Shown here: positions 43,501 to 50,618 of the stretch, piece after piece | Numbering within the stretch: the stretch's first letter is position 1 | How the letters are laid out: each line of letters starts with the position of its first letter | DNA from: a virus | Taxonomy: Duplodnaviria > Caudoviricetes | DNA length: 64,000 bases | Direction: 5' to 3' (one strand) | IMG/VR virus record: IMGVR_UViG_3300001765_000038 | Coordinates: 11,777 to 75,776 of that record | Notes under the pieces: generated by a model | The model's input: the letters and a program-made list of their open reading frames with translations, nothing else | Databases searched by the model: none | What the model was told of the DNA's origin: nothing | Position numbers and translations under genes: made by a program

Positions 43501-46500
43501 AAAAATAATATGTTGCTGAATAAGGAAGACCTGCTTGACCAGAATCATTTCTACCCCAGCCCCATAAAGTACCATTTGTTTTAATACCATTAACAATTGT
43601 TTCACCACCGAGCGAACATGATACTTCTTTCCAGTCTGAAGCAGAACCCATTTGTACTGGTGATGAAATAGTTGGTTGCCCCCATGTGTAAGAATTTCCC
43701 CACCACCATAATGTTCCATTTTGTTTAACTGCATATGCATTTGCCTCTGCTAATGCACATTGACTCCAATCACTCATTGATCCTATTTGAATAGGACTCT
43801 GAACATTAGCTGTAAGTGTATCACCCCAACCCCACAATGCACCAGTAGTTTTAACTGCAAGAGCACCACTGCCACTTGCACATACTTGTTTCCAATCTGT
43901 TGATGTTCCAAGTTGTGTATGTTGTAATAACGGTGATTGAAATATATCATATAATTCATGATCACCTGATACCCAAAGAGTATTGTTTTCTCTTATTCCA
44001 TATGAAGCACCATAACTACATGATATTTGACGCCAATCACTGAAATTACCCACTTGAGCTGGAGATGATATTAAATCATATTCAATACCTAAACCAAAAA
44101 TAGATGAGTTGGGATTACCTTCATTTTCACCTAATGCCCATAATGTTCCATCTTTTTTAATTAACATTGTGCTAAATGATTCATTGACAACTACTTTGTT
44201 CCAATCAGTTAATGAACCAATTTGAACTGGACTTGAACGGTATACTTGATCCCAAAGATTAATATTGACTTGACCATGATTACCTCTCCAATCTCTACCA
44301 CAGAACCATAATGATCCATCATCTTTAATACCTGTCCAAAACCAATATCCACAACTAATATCTTTCCAATTTACACTTGGTGGTGCGACCTGAATAAATC
44401 CATATTGTTCATAATTAGGTGCTGTGCCATCACCAACAGTACCATGAGATATCCAACCTGTAATCATTAAATTACCATTTGTCGCTGTTGTTACATTTTG
44501 AGTTGCATCATTTGAAATAGTGCATACTAAATTATCTTGTGGTGCGCCCTGTGTATATGATATTGTTCCTAATTGAACTGGTGAAGATCTGTTAATATTA
44601 TCACCTAATCCTAAATTACCATCGCCGCCATATCCAATAACTAACGTTCTATTATCATTAGTTAAAACTGTTATTTGTCCAAAATCAGCTGAGGTTGTTA
44701 TTGATTTCCAATCATATCCTATATTGGTTAATGTAGTTAAAACTCCAGTATTTACAGTTGTATATCCTAATAGATTACCGTAATCATCATCGCCGGCTGC
44801 CCATACTTGGTTATATGTATTAAATGCATATATATTAGTAGCCCCAGCAACAACATTTGACCAATTAGATAATGATCCTATTTGTACTGGACTAGAATAT
44901 ACAATGTCTATTCCAGTACCAAGATATCTTCCTCTTCCAATACCCCATAATGTACCATTTGTTTTAATTAATACAGTATTATCAGTACTGTTACTACTAG
45001 AAATTTTATTCCAATCACTTAATGACCCTATTTGAGTAGGAACAGAACGATTAATATTATCACCAAACCCTAAATAACAGCCCCAATTATATCCCCATGC
45101 CCATAATGTACCATTTGTTTTAATTGCATGATTTCTAGCATATGCTGGAGCTAATACTTTCCAATCAGTATCTACACCAACTTGAACAGGACTAGATCTA
45201 CCAATACCAGAAACACCTAAACCGAGACTTCCACTATAATCAGTTCCCCAAGCCCATAATGTACCGTCTGTTTTAATTGCAGAACCACAACTCCAACCAG
45301 CATATATTTCTTTCCAATCATTAGAGGTTCCTATTTGAGTTGGAGATGTATATGTGTCCCAAGTTCCTAAACCTAATGTACCACCAAAATCACCCCACGC
45401 CCATAATGTACCATTTGTTTTTAGAGCGAAAGTTTCTCTAGTTTGGTTACCAACAATTTTTGCCCAATCATTTGATAAACCAACTTGAACTGGAGAAGAA
45501 ATAAATCTATCTGCCCATGGCGGTACTGTTGGGTAAAATGATGGGTCACCTGCAATATAACCATCTGTACAACCAGTAAACCATAAAGTACCATCTGATC
45601 TGATTAAATGTAAACCTAATCTAGACATTCCATATTCTTTGTAATACAATGAAGAAAATGTATTATTTGATGATAATTGAACTGGTGATGAATATTGAAT
45701 AGTTTGATCAGCTGAGTTACCTAATTGACCGCCAAAATTCCAACCCCAGATCCATAAAGTATTATCATTTTTAATTGCTAGAGTATTAGTATTATCATTA
45801 TTTGTGATAAATTTCCAATCAGATAAAGATCCTATTTGACAAGGACTTGATCTACTTATCATATCTCCCAAACCTAAATGACCACCTTCTGGTATACTGT
45901 TACCCGGCCAACCCCACGACCATATTGTACCATCTGTTTTTAGTGCAACTGCTTCTGCACCACTACCCCCATATATTTCTTTCCAATCATTAAGATTACC
46001 AACTTGAACTGGACTCGAATTTAAATAATAATCCCACGGAAACAGTGCATTGTATGCACAAGACCAAAGTGAATTATTATTTTTAGTAAGAAATGTTGGA
46101 TATCCATTAAATACCTTTGACCAATCATTTGGATTACCTAATTGAGTAGGTACTGAACGAGAATTAATATCACCAAGACCTAAATTACCATCACTATTAT
46201 AACCACAAACATATACAGTACGATTACTGCCACCACTTCCTAATGTTGTTTTTGTGCCAGTGATAGTTACTTGTGCATAATAGGGATATTGGTGATTCGG
46301 GCCTGTATATTGAAATATCTCTGATTCGATGGGTATATTATCAAAACTTTTTGATGTACCATATGTTATATCTGGATTGATAAATTGCATACCACGAGGA
46401 AATTTATCTTTCAATTCACCAAAATTGCCTTTGATATGAATTGTTGTGCCATCAACAGACGATTGAACACCTGCTTCTGAGGGCACAACAATCGACACAT

Positions 46501-46624
46501 GTTCAATTGATTGTGTTACCGCTGGATCAGTATTAGTATCAACAACATACACAACATTGTCGAATTGTGTAAGTTCAACCGCGTTTACCTTATCAGGATT
46601 TAAATTAAAATTTACATCAGTCAT
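31571..46624 (-). CDS. 5017-aa RCC1/BLIP-II repeat protein built on a gp5.1-like scaffold
   Basis: About 4850 aa of roughly 50-aa repeats (W..VSCG.....AIKTDGTLWAWG.N..GQLGLGD...RSSP.QVG.LS.W), flanked by about 130 non-repeat N-terminal and about 35 C-terminal residues; occupies the gp5.1 slot between gp5 and PAAR. Confidence 0.85.
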   Translation of the reverse strand: MTDVNFNLNPDKVNAVELTQFDNVVYVVDTNTDPAVTQSIEHVSIVVPSEAGVQSSVDGTTIHIKGNFGELKDKFPRGMQFINPDITYGTSKSFDNIPIESEIFQYTGPNHQYPYYAQVTITGTKTTLGSGGSNRTVYVCGYNSDGNLGLGDINSRSVPTQLGNPNDWSKVFNGYPTFLTKNNNSLWSCAYNALFPWDYYLNSSPVQVGNLNDWKEIYGGSGAEAVALKTDGTIWSWGWPGNSIPEGGHLGLGDMISRSSPCQIGSLSDWKFITNNDNTNTLAIKNDNTLWIWGWNFGGQLGNSADQTIQYSSPVQLSSNNTFSSLYYKEYGMSRLGLHLIRSDGTLWFTGCTDGYIAGDPSFYPTVPPWADRFISSPVQVGLSNDWAKIVGNQTRETFALKTNGTLWAWGDFGGTLGLGTWDTYTSPTQIGTSNDWKEIYAGWSCGSAIKTDGTLWAWGTDYSGSLGLGVSGIGRSSPVQVGVDTDWKVLAPAYARNHAIKTNGTLWAWGYNWGCYLGFGDNINRSVPTQIGSLSDWNKISSSNSTDNTVLIKTNGTLWGIGRGRYLGTGIDIVYSSPVQIGSLSNWSNVVAGATNIYAFNTYNQVWAAGDDDYGNLLGYTTVNTGVLTTLTNIGYDWKSITTSADFGQITVLTNDNRTLVIGYGGDGNLGLGDNINRSSPVQLGTISYTQGAPQDNLVCTISNDATQNVTTATNGNLMITGWISHGTVGDGTAPNYEQYGFIQVAPPSVNWKDISCGYWFWTGIKDDGSLWFCGRDWRGNHGQVNINLWDQVYRSSPVQIGSLTDWNKVVVNESFSTMLIKKDGTLWALGENEGNPNSSIFGLGIEYDLISSPAQVGNFSDWRQISCSYGASYGIRENNTLWVSGDHELYDIFQSPLLQHTQLGTSTDWKQVCASGSGALAVKTTGALWGWGDTLTANVQSPIQIGSMSDWSQCALAEANAYAVKQNGTLWWWGNSYTWGQPTISSPVQMGSASDWKEVSCSLGGETIVNGIKTNGTLWGWGRNDSGQAGLPYSATYYFLPVQVGTYSDWTKVAHNWLVHTMGIHGTPSVSPVAIGNLWGWGASYYGELVNGLFNNPTPISITDTTTVWKDIGCGDYHWVAIKNDGTMWSNGRNHDGQLGQSDTIDHSSPIQIGTLTDWKTISCGYSTNAAIKSDGTLWTWGNDYYGSLGLGINTGGISRSSPCQVGTMSNWKDVSVGGNETVMGITSNGKLWGMGLGTHGQLGLNSSNQEHEIPFQVGILDDWKNIFTSDQSAVAIKTDGTLWGWGSNYFGNLGIGHQNDISSPVQIGSMSDWSHVAMSFHCTIAVKTNGTLWGMGSPYEKELLNGSTTPILTPIMISNLSNWKTVWSNKEDVNLPIYYGIKTDGTLWGWGSNRYPFYSQTGNYTYLLGGNNFSDSVISSPIQIGSLSNWLKVGQEFFKAVGLTGTKTCTDPEANWKTAKFLSNAVVGLKLDNSIWSWGYNEQGQLGHNDNIWRSSPAQIGALTDWNKLACGTAHALTIKTNGTLWTWGSDNSKGLLGLNDNINRSSPCQVGTLSDWKEIENYCVESSYAIKTNGTLWTWGENNGGQLGLNDVFDRSSPCQVGTLSTWTDITCGWGSFRGIRLTGEDTLPVTCSSPVQMGGELWYSGYKDEIVSTDISSPVQIGIESNWDKISGNWDSFFVIKDDGTLWANGLNWDGMLGLGHSLFAYNYDFQQVGTLSDWKEVRCAETATLGIKTDGTLWYWGAYNSQCAFGTLGTNYAESSPVQLGSLSNWKSINACDDNIFHALKTDGTIWSWGWGWQGPLGLGDQIDRSSPCQIGSMSNWAKLSTWYSLNAPPVGAIKTDGTLWMWGSGWMGALGLGNEIWRSSPTQVGLMSDWADIKPGCWHTLALKTNGTLWSWGGNWNGDLGLGYAGNFAHQSSPCQIGSMSNWAKITCGYYSAAIKTDGTLWAWGNAQGGSLGLNTNNINYSSPTQVGTLSNWSDAYSTYYRSFAIKNRTNNWLNVPCPDPNICSSPVIVTSTTGWGWGQCLDGSLGIGDRPIWGISSPMQIGSLNNWSVLAPGNYTSAGIKPNGTLWSWGSNDWVWGGFGNYIGYSSSPVQVGSMTDWKDVSCGYHALMTKTNGTLWATGSNDEGQLGLGDDIYRSSPVQVGLLSDWNKIIAGRFISYSIKTNNTLWRWGRVEGVDTLSPVQLGTLSDWAHISTMWANSAAIKTDGTLWVWGVGWGAGLGLGDTINRSSPTQVGLLSNWKTVAISDMATAAIKTDGTLWAWGSNIDGAVGVNDTIARSSPVQVGSMTDWKDVKVGAQNTFAIKNNGTLWAWGINWVQHHLGIGTTISDGRSSPTQVGSLSDWSSISCSYNNSMGIRNTTEFIGYEEKLCSSFSRGSKLYSWGIKYGGLGLGDMIDRSSPCQIGVLENWNNFSLGEYNAFAIKIDGTLWSWGSTGHFYEDDEKKSSPIQIGALTDWQQVSVENHVGAIKIDGTLWVWGNNSGGKCGYPETIWASSPIQVGSLSDWKEVTCGMNTTFAIKTNGTLWGWGYTSDGLLPAPSGGTYFWEAISSPVQIGSLTNWKQINASEFVAHAIKTDSTLWSWGDNTRGEFGNGISGDLVTNISSPIQIGLMSNWNKVSKKTFCRYSLALKTDGTIWSWGENFHGRLGMGDNIDRSSPVQIGSMTNWKDIACGYAAAATKTDGTLWTWGQNTQYHNNCGLGDNIDRSSPCQVGTLSNWNKVESSMYATLASQGEVYIKPPSPLKVWGCGYNDGGELGHGDRIQYTSPILMLGDDYKYIATGEWEQSFAIKTDGTLWGCGYNDVGQLGLGYTSSGQFMGISSPTQVGDTSNWKTIAMNRDHVMAVKTDGTMWTWGNDDWGMLGHGTLYENRSSPTQVGTSTNWKDIAPGDTHSLAIKIDNTLWSWGSTSDGQLGLGDNWDDRSSPTQVGTMNNWKTVSCGGRFSIAIKTDGTLWGWGSYANGALGQADQFSRSSPTQIGTATNWNIISCGYSQSTAIKTDGTLWTWGIGNSGQGGGTGTYVDVPTQIGLLGDWSKLSNNHTGGWGSERTFAIKTNGTLWAWGDIAGCDQLINENKSSPVQLGSLSNWTQVSCNSYHWIGITDDTLTPITPVISSPVQVTPSNELWFCGYDQIPLSDSTGPAGVGNADGYFKFEHVGDNWSSIAILNSSGWDNSVVATKADGTLWGWGGNRDSIIGFGDNIERSSPCQIGLLNNWKTVSSAAEWSWLAIKTNGTLWGCGYNWDGLLGVGNTIRYSSPIQVGSLSDWSSVSGKPYGWVWAHFAIKTDGTLWGWGQDDYGILTGTTIGAYRYSSPIQVGTSNDWKQVAASVESVKAIKTNGTLWTWGWNINGQLGLGDYIDRSSPTQVGTLSNWSFVDSHYDYNIAIKTDGTLWGWGNDHNGYLPDITSPETLDTFIPRQIGALNNWKTVFVSWDNVIATKTDGTLWGWGLNPGFDLGDWEIVNYVSSPVQIGIENTWEKAIIDADYFFGFKTTVNAPPLTSNTLWAWGANTWGQIGTNDDLDRSSPVQVGLLNDWNTIEEYYQSSYGIKTNGTLWSWGANSEGGLGLGDVYNNRSSPCQVGTLSNWKQISAGRRFFVSVKTDGTLWSCGYNWIGTLGNGISGYADNRSSPIQIGILDYWDKVSCGYYHTIAKSIGGGIWGWGENESGELGLGDDINRSSPVQIGTGFNWKQISAGEYASTMAVKTNGTLWAWGWNSHGQLGLENILGYSVPTQVGTLSNWEQVSIYYSTGAVKTDGTLWSWGWNGDGGLGLGDKIHRSSPTQIGSLNNWRSVEIGDSALFATKTDRTLWACGEGVVWGSLGASNTLDYSSPIQIGTLSDWNEISSYDNVTLATREILPAPAPAPAPTYIKHWGAGYFPALDKADYTNYSSPVQLSSNWTYMCTSGDVPASFFIDKNKNLWGVGNIYGAYNKSVSAPVMISNTGNWESVNCHGSTMMGIKSDNTLWMIGYNGFGEGGIGDYFSRSSPVQIGTKTTWNKVVCGYHTIAIGENNTLWGWGNNNRGQTGQGVNGYTSMSSPVQIGVDTDWRFIAIGTEYSTAIKTNNTLWGWGVNFYGNLLLNSFTTQSTSSPVQLGTLSNWKNVTCDDSTVYGIQNNNTLWGWGGTSYSLLKTVCAAERTIDPNFELSSPVQIGTLSDWGEIGGGGVPWRSFIARKINGTLWAWGETNYAYTSNGAILNQINHSSPIQIGTLSNWSKVWGAGYAWLATTDDTPPSNIAGWGNGTNWSGELGIGEINNQYSSPVQLISNVDWKQLAAPSERYAYNSNGIKTDGSLWVWGQTPYNGYVYNVSTPIKVGTSNDWAYVHCSAMTTVMIKTDGTAWGMGYNYSGELGMNPNIPISSPVQIAGGNTWSKAWTAESNRTILLNNNGSLWVMGWDWENTMLGLGAITDLGVSSPVQIGTDLNWKQASVNEYHTLAVKTNGTLWSWGRDVDGVLGQNTSSVNLDVPTQVGLLSNWKQVHADGSASFAIKTDGTLWSWGYNGGNILGHGDSIDKSSPTQVGSLSDWDKLASSGHYCMMMIKTNGTLWACGYNTDQMITPDDTVWEISAPMQVGTLSTWKDVSGSHTYWLGITDSTPITPPDTPITGTGRVLVGCGSNMFGQLGTGDTIDHHVIIQIGDKNDWSSVSDSYSTLGIRADNSLWATGWNGNGELGTGDIIHRSSPTQIIGSWKQQCTNAIKTDGTLWGWGENSGGALGLGDEILRSSPTQVGSMSDWASISGTNNNVAAIKTNGSLWGWGYNTPGCLGLGHTNSVSSPTQIGSLTTWSKLGSNFRDDLLAIKTDGTLWGCGSNYYGKLGLGYVSDHITVFGISSPTQIGTLTNWKQITCGYFNDLTMAVKTDGTLWGWGDLQTYGNYLNNDFINHGIDHFMMSPIQIGTLSNWSKVSALAGNYYMLNDTGALWGWGYNVNGELGQGNTIIYSSPVQIGPQYKWVDISAQNPTFKGIIELSDTGGVGGTTTTVEPFTTTIPLKITVRDNWGVFNGKLIDKVKQHTRE
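35010..35033. repeat. (GCCGGC)x4 palindromic microsatellite encoding PAPAPAPA
   Basis: 24 consecutive G/C bases read directly at 35010-35033. Confidence 0.95.
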
Positions 46625-46627
46625 TTA

Positions 46628-49345
46628 TTATGCAAAGCCAAGACCTTGTGTAGTTGTACCCGTTGAAGTATTTATCGTCATCATAGATCCTCTATTTCCA
46701 CCATCTGCATTCATTGATACATGCACCCATGCAGAACCAGAACTACCAGATGATTCAAGAATAAGTTGATCAAATGGCACACTATTTTTTATTTCACTTG
46801 CAAATTCTTGCATTAATTGTTTCTTATTGGCCGATTCTTCTATTGAACGTCTTGACAGATCAACTGCCATACCCTTGTTATGTTGTGATGTTCCCGTTCC
46901 CATTCTAAAGCCGCTATTGATAATGAGATCAGGATATTTCTGTTTAAGTGGTTCAAGAACATTAATCGCTAACTGCATTAAATTACATACAATCTTATCT
47001 TGTGATAAACCTACTTGTCCATCAATTCCCGGTAAGGGTGCTGAACCGCCACCCGGTCTTTTACATAATTGACCTAATGTGAAATTAGTAGATAATCTTG
47101 TGCTTGAACCAAATGGTTTTTGATCTTCTAACGCTGCACAATCACCTTGATATGGTTTAATTGGTGGCGGCGGCAAATTATCTACTGGAATATCTGATGA
47201 CGGTTCTGCTAATCTTGGAGTGTTATTACTCAATCTTTGATCCTCTACATATTTTGCCTGTTCTTCTGGACTTGCATCTTCCATTAAAAAGTCATCTGAT
47301 GATTGGCGAGTGGTAGGATCTAATACCTTAAGTTCTGGTTCAAATTCTTCAATATCAACTGCATCTTTCGCATCACCCGCATCGCCCGCATCTGCAGCAA
47401 GAGTTGACATACCAGAGTTCCAATGGATCAATTGTGCATCACCAGCAATCATCACACCTGCAGTTAAACTCATTGTATCACCTGCACTACCAGCAATGTT
47501 TATACCTGCTTTATAATCATAATTACCATCAATAGTTAAACGACTATCCATCAATACATGTTCATCTTTAGCACCATCAATTTTCAACATGTAATCGCCA
47601 ACTGTATGTTCATCATAATTACCATCTAACAACAATTTATAATCGCCACCTATGTGCCAGTCATAATTACCATCAACTCGCATTTTCATATCACCCTTAA
47701 CCCAACAATCCCAATCACCATCTATTTTTTGTCTGACATCACCTTGCACATATAGTTGAACGTCTCCCACAACTTCTACTTGTAATGACTTTTGAATAAT
47801 GACACTAAAATCGCCATCAACTGTTATAAGACCAGTACCTGTAATATGAGTTTTATTGTCGTTTTCATTTATTTTAACTTCATTACCCTTGATACGACTT
47901 GTGATATTACCTTTAGAATCTATTTCAACAAAAGTACCCGTTTTATGATAGATGTGAATGCGCTCCATACCTTCAGTATCATCAATTTCTATAGTGTGCC
48001 CAGACTCAGATTCCAATACATGGTTAAATGGATAATCAGCATTGTAAGGAATTAATGTTTGATCCCATGTAGATTCAGAATTTGCTATTAATAGTTCTTT
48101 TTCACGTTCTTGCTCTTTAGGAACAACAATTGTTTTTTCAATCGATTGATGCCGCGCTAATCGATGAGTATCAGGTTCTTCCAACCAATCTTCTTTTGGA
48201 TATTTTTCATTAGGATCTTTAAATCCTATTATATCTTTGGTGCCACGAATTCTTAATTTTTTACTTAGTTCGGGCATGTTTGCTGGATCAAACTTTGAAC
48301 TCTCTGAACTAGAATTACTGTTGTTTTGGATATTTTTATCAATAGGAGCACTAGCTAAGTTTTGTGGTGTTGGTAATTCATTAGTTGCTTGCCCAGCAAT
48401 TGCTTTTTGTCCCAGGTTATAATATGATTGAGCACTTGTACCATTACCATCAACGGGATTACTACCATTTAAAAACTGTTTTGCACCACCAGCACCGACT
48501 AAATGTGCTGCTGTAAGCATGCCTGCTTGTTTTTCAGCAGGCACTGAATCATTTAAATTCAAACGTTTATAGTTAGTTTTCAAATTGCTATCCATTGCAT
48601 TTTCTTGTGCAGATGGATTATTTAAAAATGAGTCCTTACTTGTAGTGCCATCTTTACCAGTCCAAAGACTTGGATTATTCATCGCCTGATTGCCATATTT
48701 GGCAGTCGATCCTGGACTTAAATAGCCTGCATCTTCCAATGCACCCGCACCCATTTGATATTTGCCCAAATAGTTGCGGCTATTTACTGCTTGATAATTA
48801 TTACTTGATTCTCTATTGCCAATTGTTTGTTTTAACTTATCATATTGATCTTGTGATAAATTACCTAATGTATTATCGCCTGATGCAGTTGATGGTGAGA
48901 CAACATAACCACCTGAACCAGTTTGAATAGGTGTGCCTGAACTGTCAGTCACTGCATTTTCTGGTACAGATGTGTTTCCCTTTGCTTGATTCTGAATAGT
49001 GTTCTGTAGAAAATCTTCAATATCTTCTGCTCGTGCATTATCTTCAATAGGAATTCCACCAATACTTCCCATCATAAATGGTTGCTGATATGAATCATCT
49101 AAAAACGTTACAACCAACCATGTACCTTCGACTGGCCCAACAGGCGCTTGTCCGATACCAGACATTGCAGCACTATTGATTGCTTGAAGTGGCCACGCCC
49201 ATGGTAAATCTTCTATAGGCAATTCGATTTTATTATCAGTATGTAACCCAAGCACCCTAACACGGCATCGCCCCAAAAACAGAGGATCCATTCGATCCTC
49301 TACAACACCAAACCAAAGAATTTTATTGCCTATTTTATTATGCAT
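46628..49345 (-). CDS. gp5: Baseplate hub/tail spike gp5 with lysozyme-like domain, beta-helix and C-terminal peptidase M15
   Basis: WFGVVEDRMDPLFLGRCRVRVLG...LPWA (OB fold); RESSNNYQAVN...YLGKYQMG...AAHLVGAGG (lysozyme-like); YPFNHVLESESGH, RIHIYHKTGTF and 8-aa VxGD repeats (beta-helix); LSTNFTL...INSGFR...SQHNKGMAVD...WVHVS (M15). Likely start 49345. Confidence 0.9.
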   Translation of the reverse strand: MHNKIGNKILWFGVVEDRMDPLFLGRCRVRVLGLHTDNKIELPIEDLPWAWPLQAINSAAMSGIGQAPVGPVEGTWLVVTFLDDSYQQPFMMGSIGGIPIEDNARAEDIEDFLQNTIQNQAKGNTSVPENAVTDSSGTPIQTGSGGYVVSPSTASGDNTLGNLSQDQYDKLKQTIGNRESSNNYQAVNSRNYLGKYQMGAGALEDAGYLSPGSTAKYGNQAMNNPSLWTGKDGTTSKDSFLNNPSAQENAMDSNLKTNYKRLNLNDSVPAEKQAGMLTAAHLVGAGGAKQFLNGSNPVDGNGTSAQSYYNLGQKAIAGQATNELPTPQNLASAPIDKNIQNNSNSSSESSKFDPANMPELSKKLRIRGTKDIIGFKDPNEKYPKEDWLEEPDTHRLARHQSIEKTIVVPKEQEREKELLIANSESTWDQTLIPYNADYPFNHVLESESGHTIEIDDTEGMERIHIYHKTGTFVEIDSKGNITSRIKGNEVKINENDNKTHITGTGLITVDGDFSVIIQKSLQVEVVGDVQLYVQGDVRQKIDGDWDCWVKGDMKMRVDGNYDWHIGGDYKLLLDGNYDEHTVGDYMLKIDGAKDEHVLMDSRLTIDGNYDYKAGINIAGSAGDTMSLTAGVMIAGDAQLIHWNSGMSTLAADAGDAGDAKDAVDIEEFEPELKVLDPTTRQSSDDFLMEDASPEEQAKYVEDQRLSNNTPRLAEPSSDIPVDNLPPPPIKPYQGDCAALEDQKPFGSSTRLSTNFTLGQLCKRPGGGSAPLPGIDGQVGLSQDKIVCNLMQLAINVLEPLKQKYPDLIINSGFRMGTGTSQHNKGMAVDLSRRSIEESANKKQLMQEFASEIKNSVPFDQLILESSGSSGSAWVHVSMNADGGNRGSMMTINTSTGTTTQGLGFA

Positions 49346-50618
49346 ATTCAGTCTCCACACTTTCACGAGCTATATTTAAAACCATTGCATGTTTTTTTAA
49401 TGTTAATCGATGCATTATAGAAGTCACTAGATAATTACCATTATATCTACTATCTGATGCACCTTCATTTTTTTCATCTGGAACAATTAAACCAAGACCG
49501 CCTATATTGACATTAATAACAGTTCCCACTTCTAAATCAGATCGACCATTAACAGTTATTTCTAATTTTACAGTATTAAGTTGTTCTAATAATGGTAATT
49601 TTTTAGTGAGTACTTTACCATAATTATCTTCAGACATATCATTATGAACTTGCGGGTAAGTAGTTAATACAGACAATGCTGTATTCTTTGATGTAAGAAT
49701 ATTATCAGACGATACTTTACTCTCACTTAAATGTGCAGTTTTATCGAAATCTTCTTTGTAATAATAACCACGTTTTGTGATGGTTTTAAGCAATATATTA
49801 TGATCCCATACGAAATGTGAATAAAATCCATTTTCATATCTATTTAATACGTTGAATTTTTCTAATATATGTAAATCATAAATCTTCATTAATTCTGCTT
49901 CTACATCACGATAAGATTCTTTTAAAACCCCATTACGTGCTGGATCATTGTTATAGAAATATTTAATTTTAGGTTCTTTACCATTTTCATATATACTATT
50001 TAAAGATGTAAAAACGTATTTTTTATTTGTTTCATAGAACACAAAATCGGACGCTTTAAACCCATCTGATGATTGTGCTCGTGATGTTAAATAATTAATA
50101 CATCTAAATGGATTCCAACTTGGTGCCACAAATTTTAAATTATTAGTACTACTATCAAATTCTGTTTCTTTTATTGATTGTAATCCATTAGATCCTAATA
50201 TACGAGAAATAATGTTATTTGGTGTTCCTGTAAATGCTTTTGTTATTCTACTATTCAAATCAATAATCGATTCTGGTGTTGTGAAATATAACGTATAAAT
50301 CTGTTTATGTGGTGTGGGTGTTAATATTGTGCCTAATTTATATACAGAAAAGACTTGTGTCACTCTAGCAGATTCGGGAAATCCAGGTGTTTTAAATACT
50401 AACTCAATCTTTTCTTCACCTATAATAGGTAAGTTTTCAATTAAGTTATTAGTATCAACCATTGTAATTGAACCAGATAATGAATGAGAAAACATATCCT
50501 CATACAGTTCTATTTCAGAAAACATGTTGCTAATATCATATGAATTATCTTTATAATCATATAATACTAGAGTAGATATTTCTACATCGCCACCTACTGC
50601 TAATTCATTATCATTCAT
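49338..50618 (-). CDS. gp27: Baseplate hub protein gp27-like
   Basis: IELYEDMFSHSLSGSITMVD...LPIIGEEKI, FVFYET, ITVNGRSDLEVG.VI, YNGNYLVTSIMH; located between gp53 and gp5. Confidence 0.75.
   Translation of the reverse strand: MNDNELAVGGDVEISTLVLYDYKDNSYDISNMFSEIELYEDMFSHSLSGSITMVDTNNLIENLPIIGEEKIELVFKTPGFPESARVTQVFSVYKLGTILTPTPHKQIYTLYFTTPESIIDLNSRITKAFTGTPNNIISRILGSNGLQSIKETEFDSSTNNLKFVAPSWNPFRCINYLTSRAQSSDGFKASDFVFYETNKKYVFTSLNSIYENGKEPKIKYFYNNDPARNGVLKESYRDVEAELMKIYDLHILEKFNVLNRYENGFYSHFVWDHNILLKTITKRGYYYKEDFDKTAHLSESKVSSDNILTSKNTALSVLTTYPQVHNDMSEDNYGKVLTKKLPLLEQLNTVKLEITVNGRSDLEVGTVINVNIGGLGLIVPDEKNEGASDSRYNGNYLVTSIMHRLTLKKHAMVLNIARESVETEYA

Noticed and set aside
31571-46624. Diversity-generating retroelement acting on the repeat proteins
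   Set aside because: No reverse transcriptase or Avd gene is in the window, and I saw no non-coding template repeat differing only at adenines. The rest of the genome would need checking.
31571-46624. CRISPR array or other non-coding repeat array
   Set aside because: The roughly 150-160-bp periodicity is protein-coding RCC1 repeat sequence with degenerate third positions, not fixed repeats with unique spacers.
31571-46624. RCC1 repeats as evidence for a eukaryotic giant virus or a Ran-GEF effector
   Set aside because: The context is a complete T4-like baseplate module with bacterial RBSs and sigma70/gp55 promoters; RCC1/BLIP-II folds are common in bacteria and phages.
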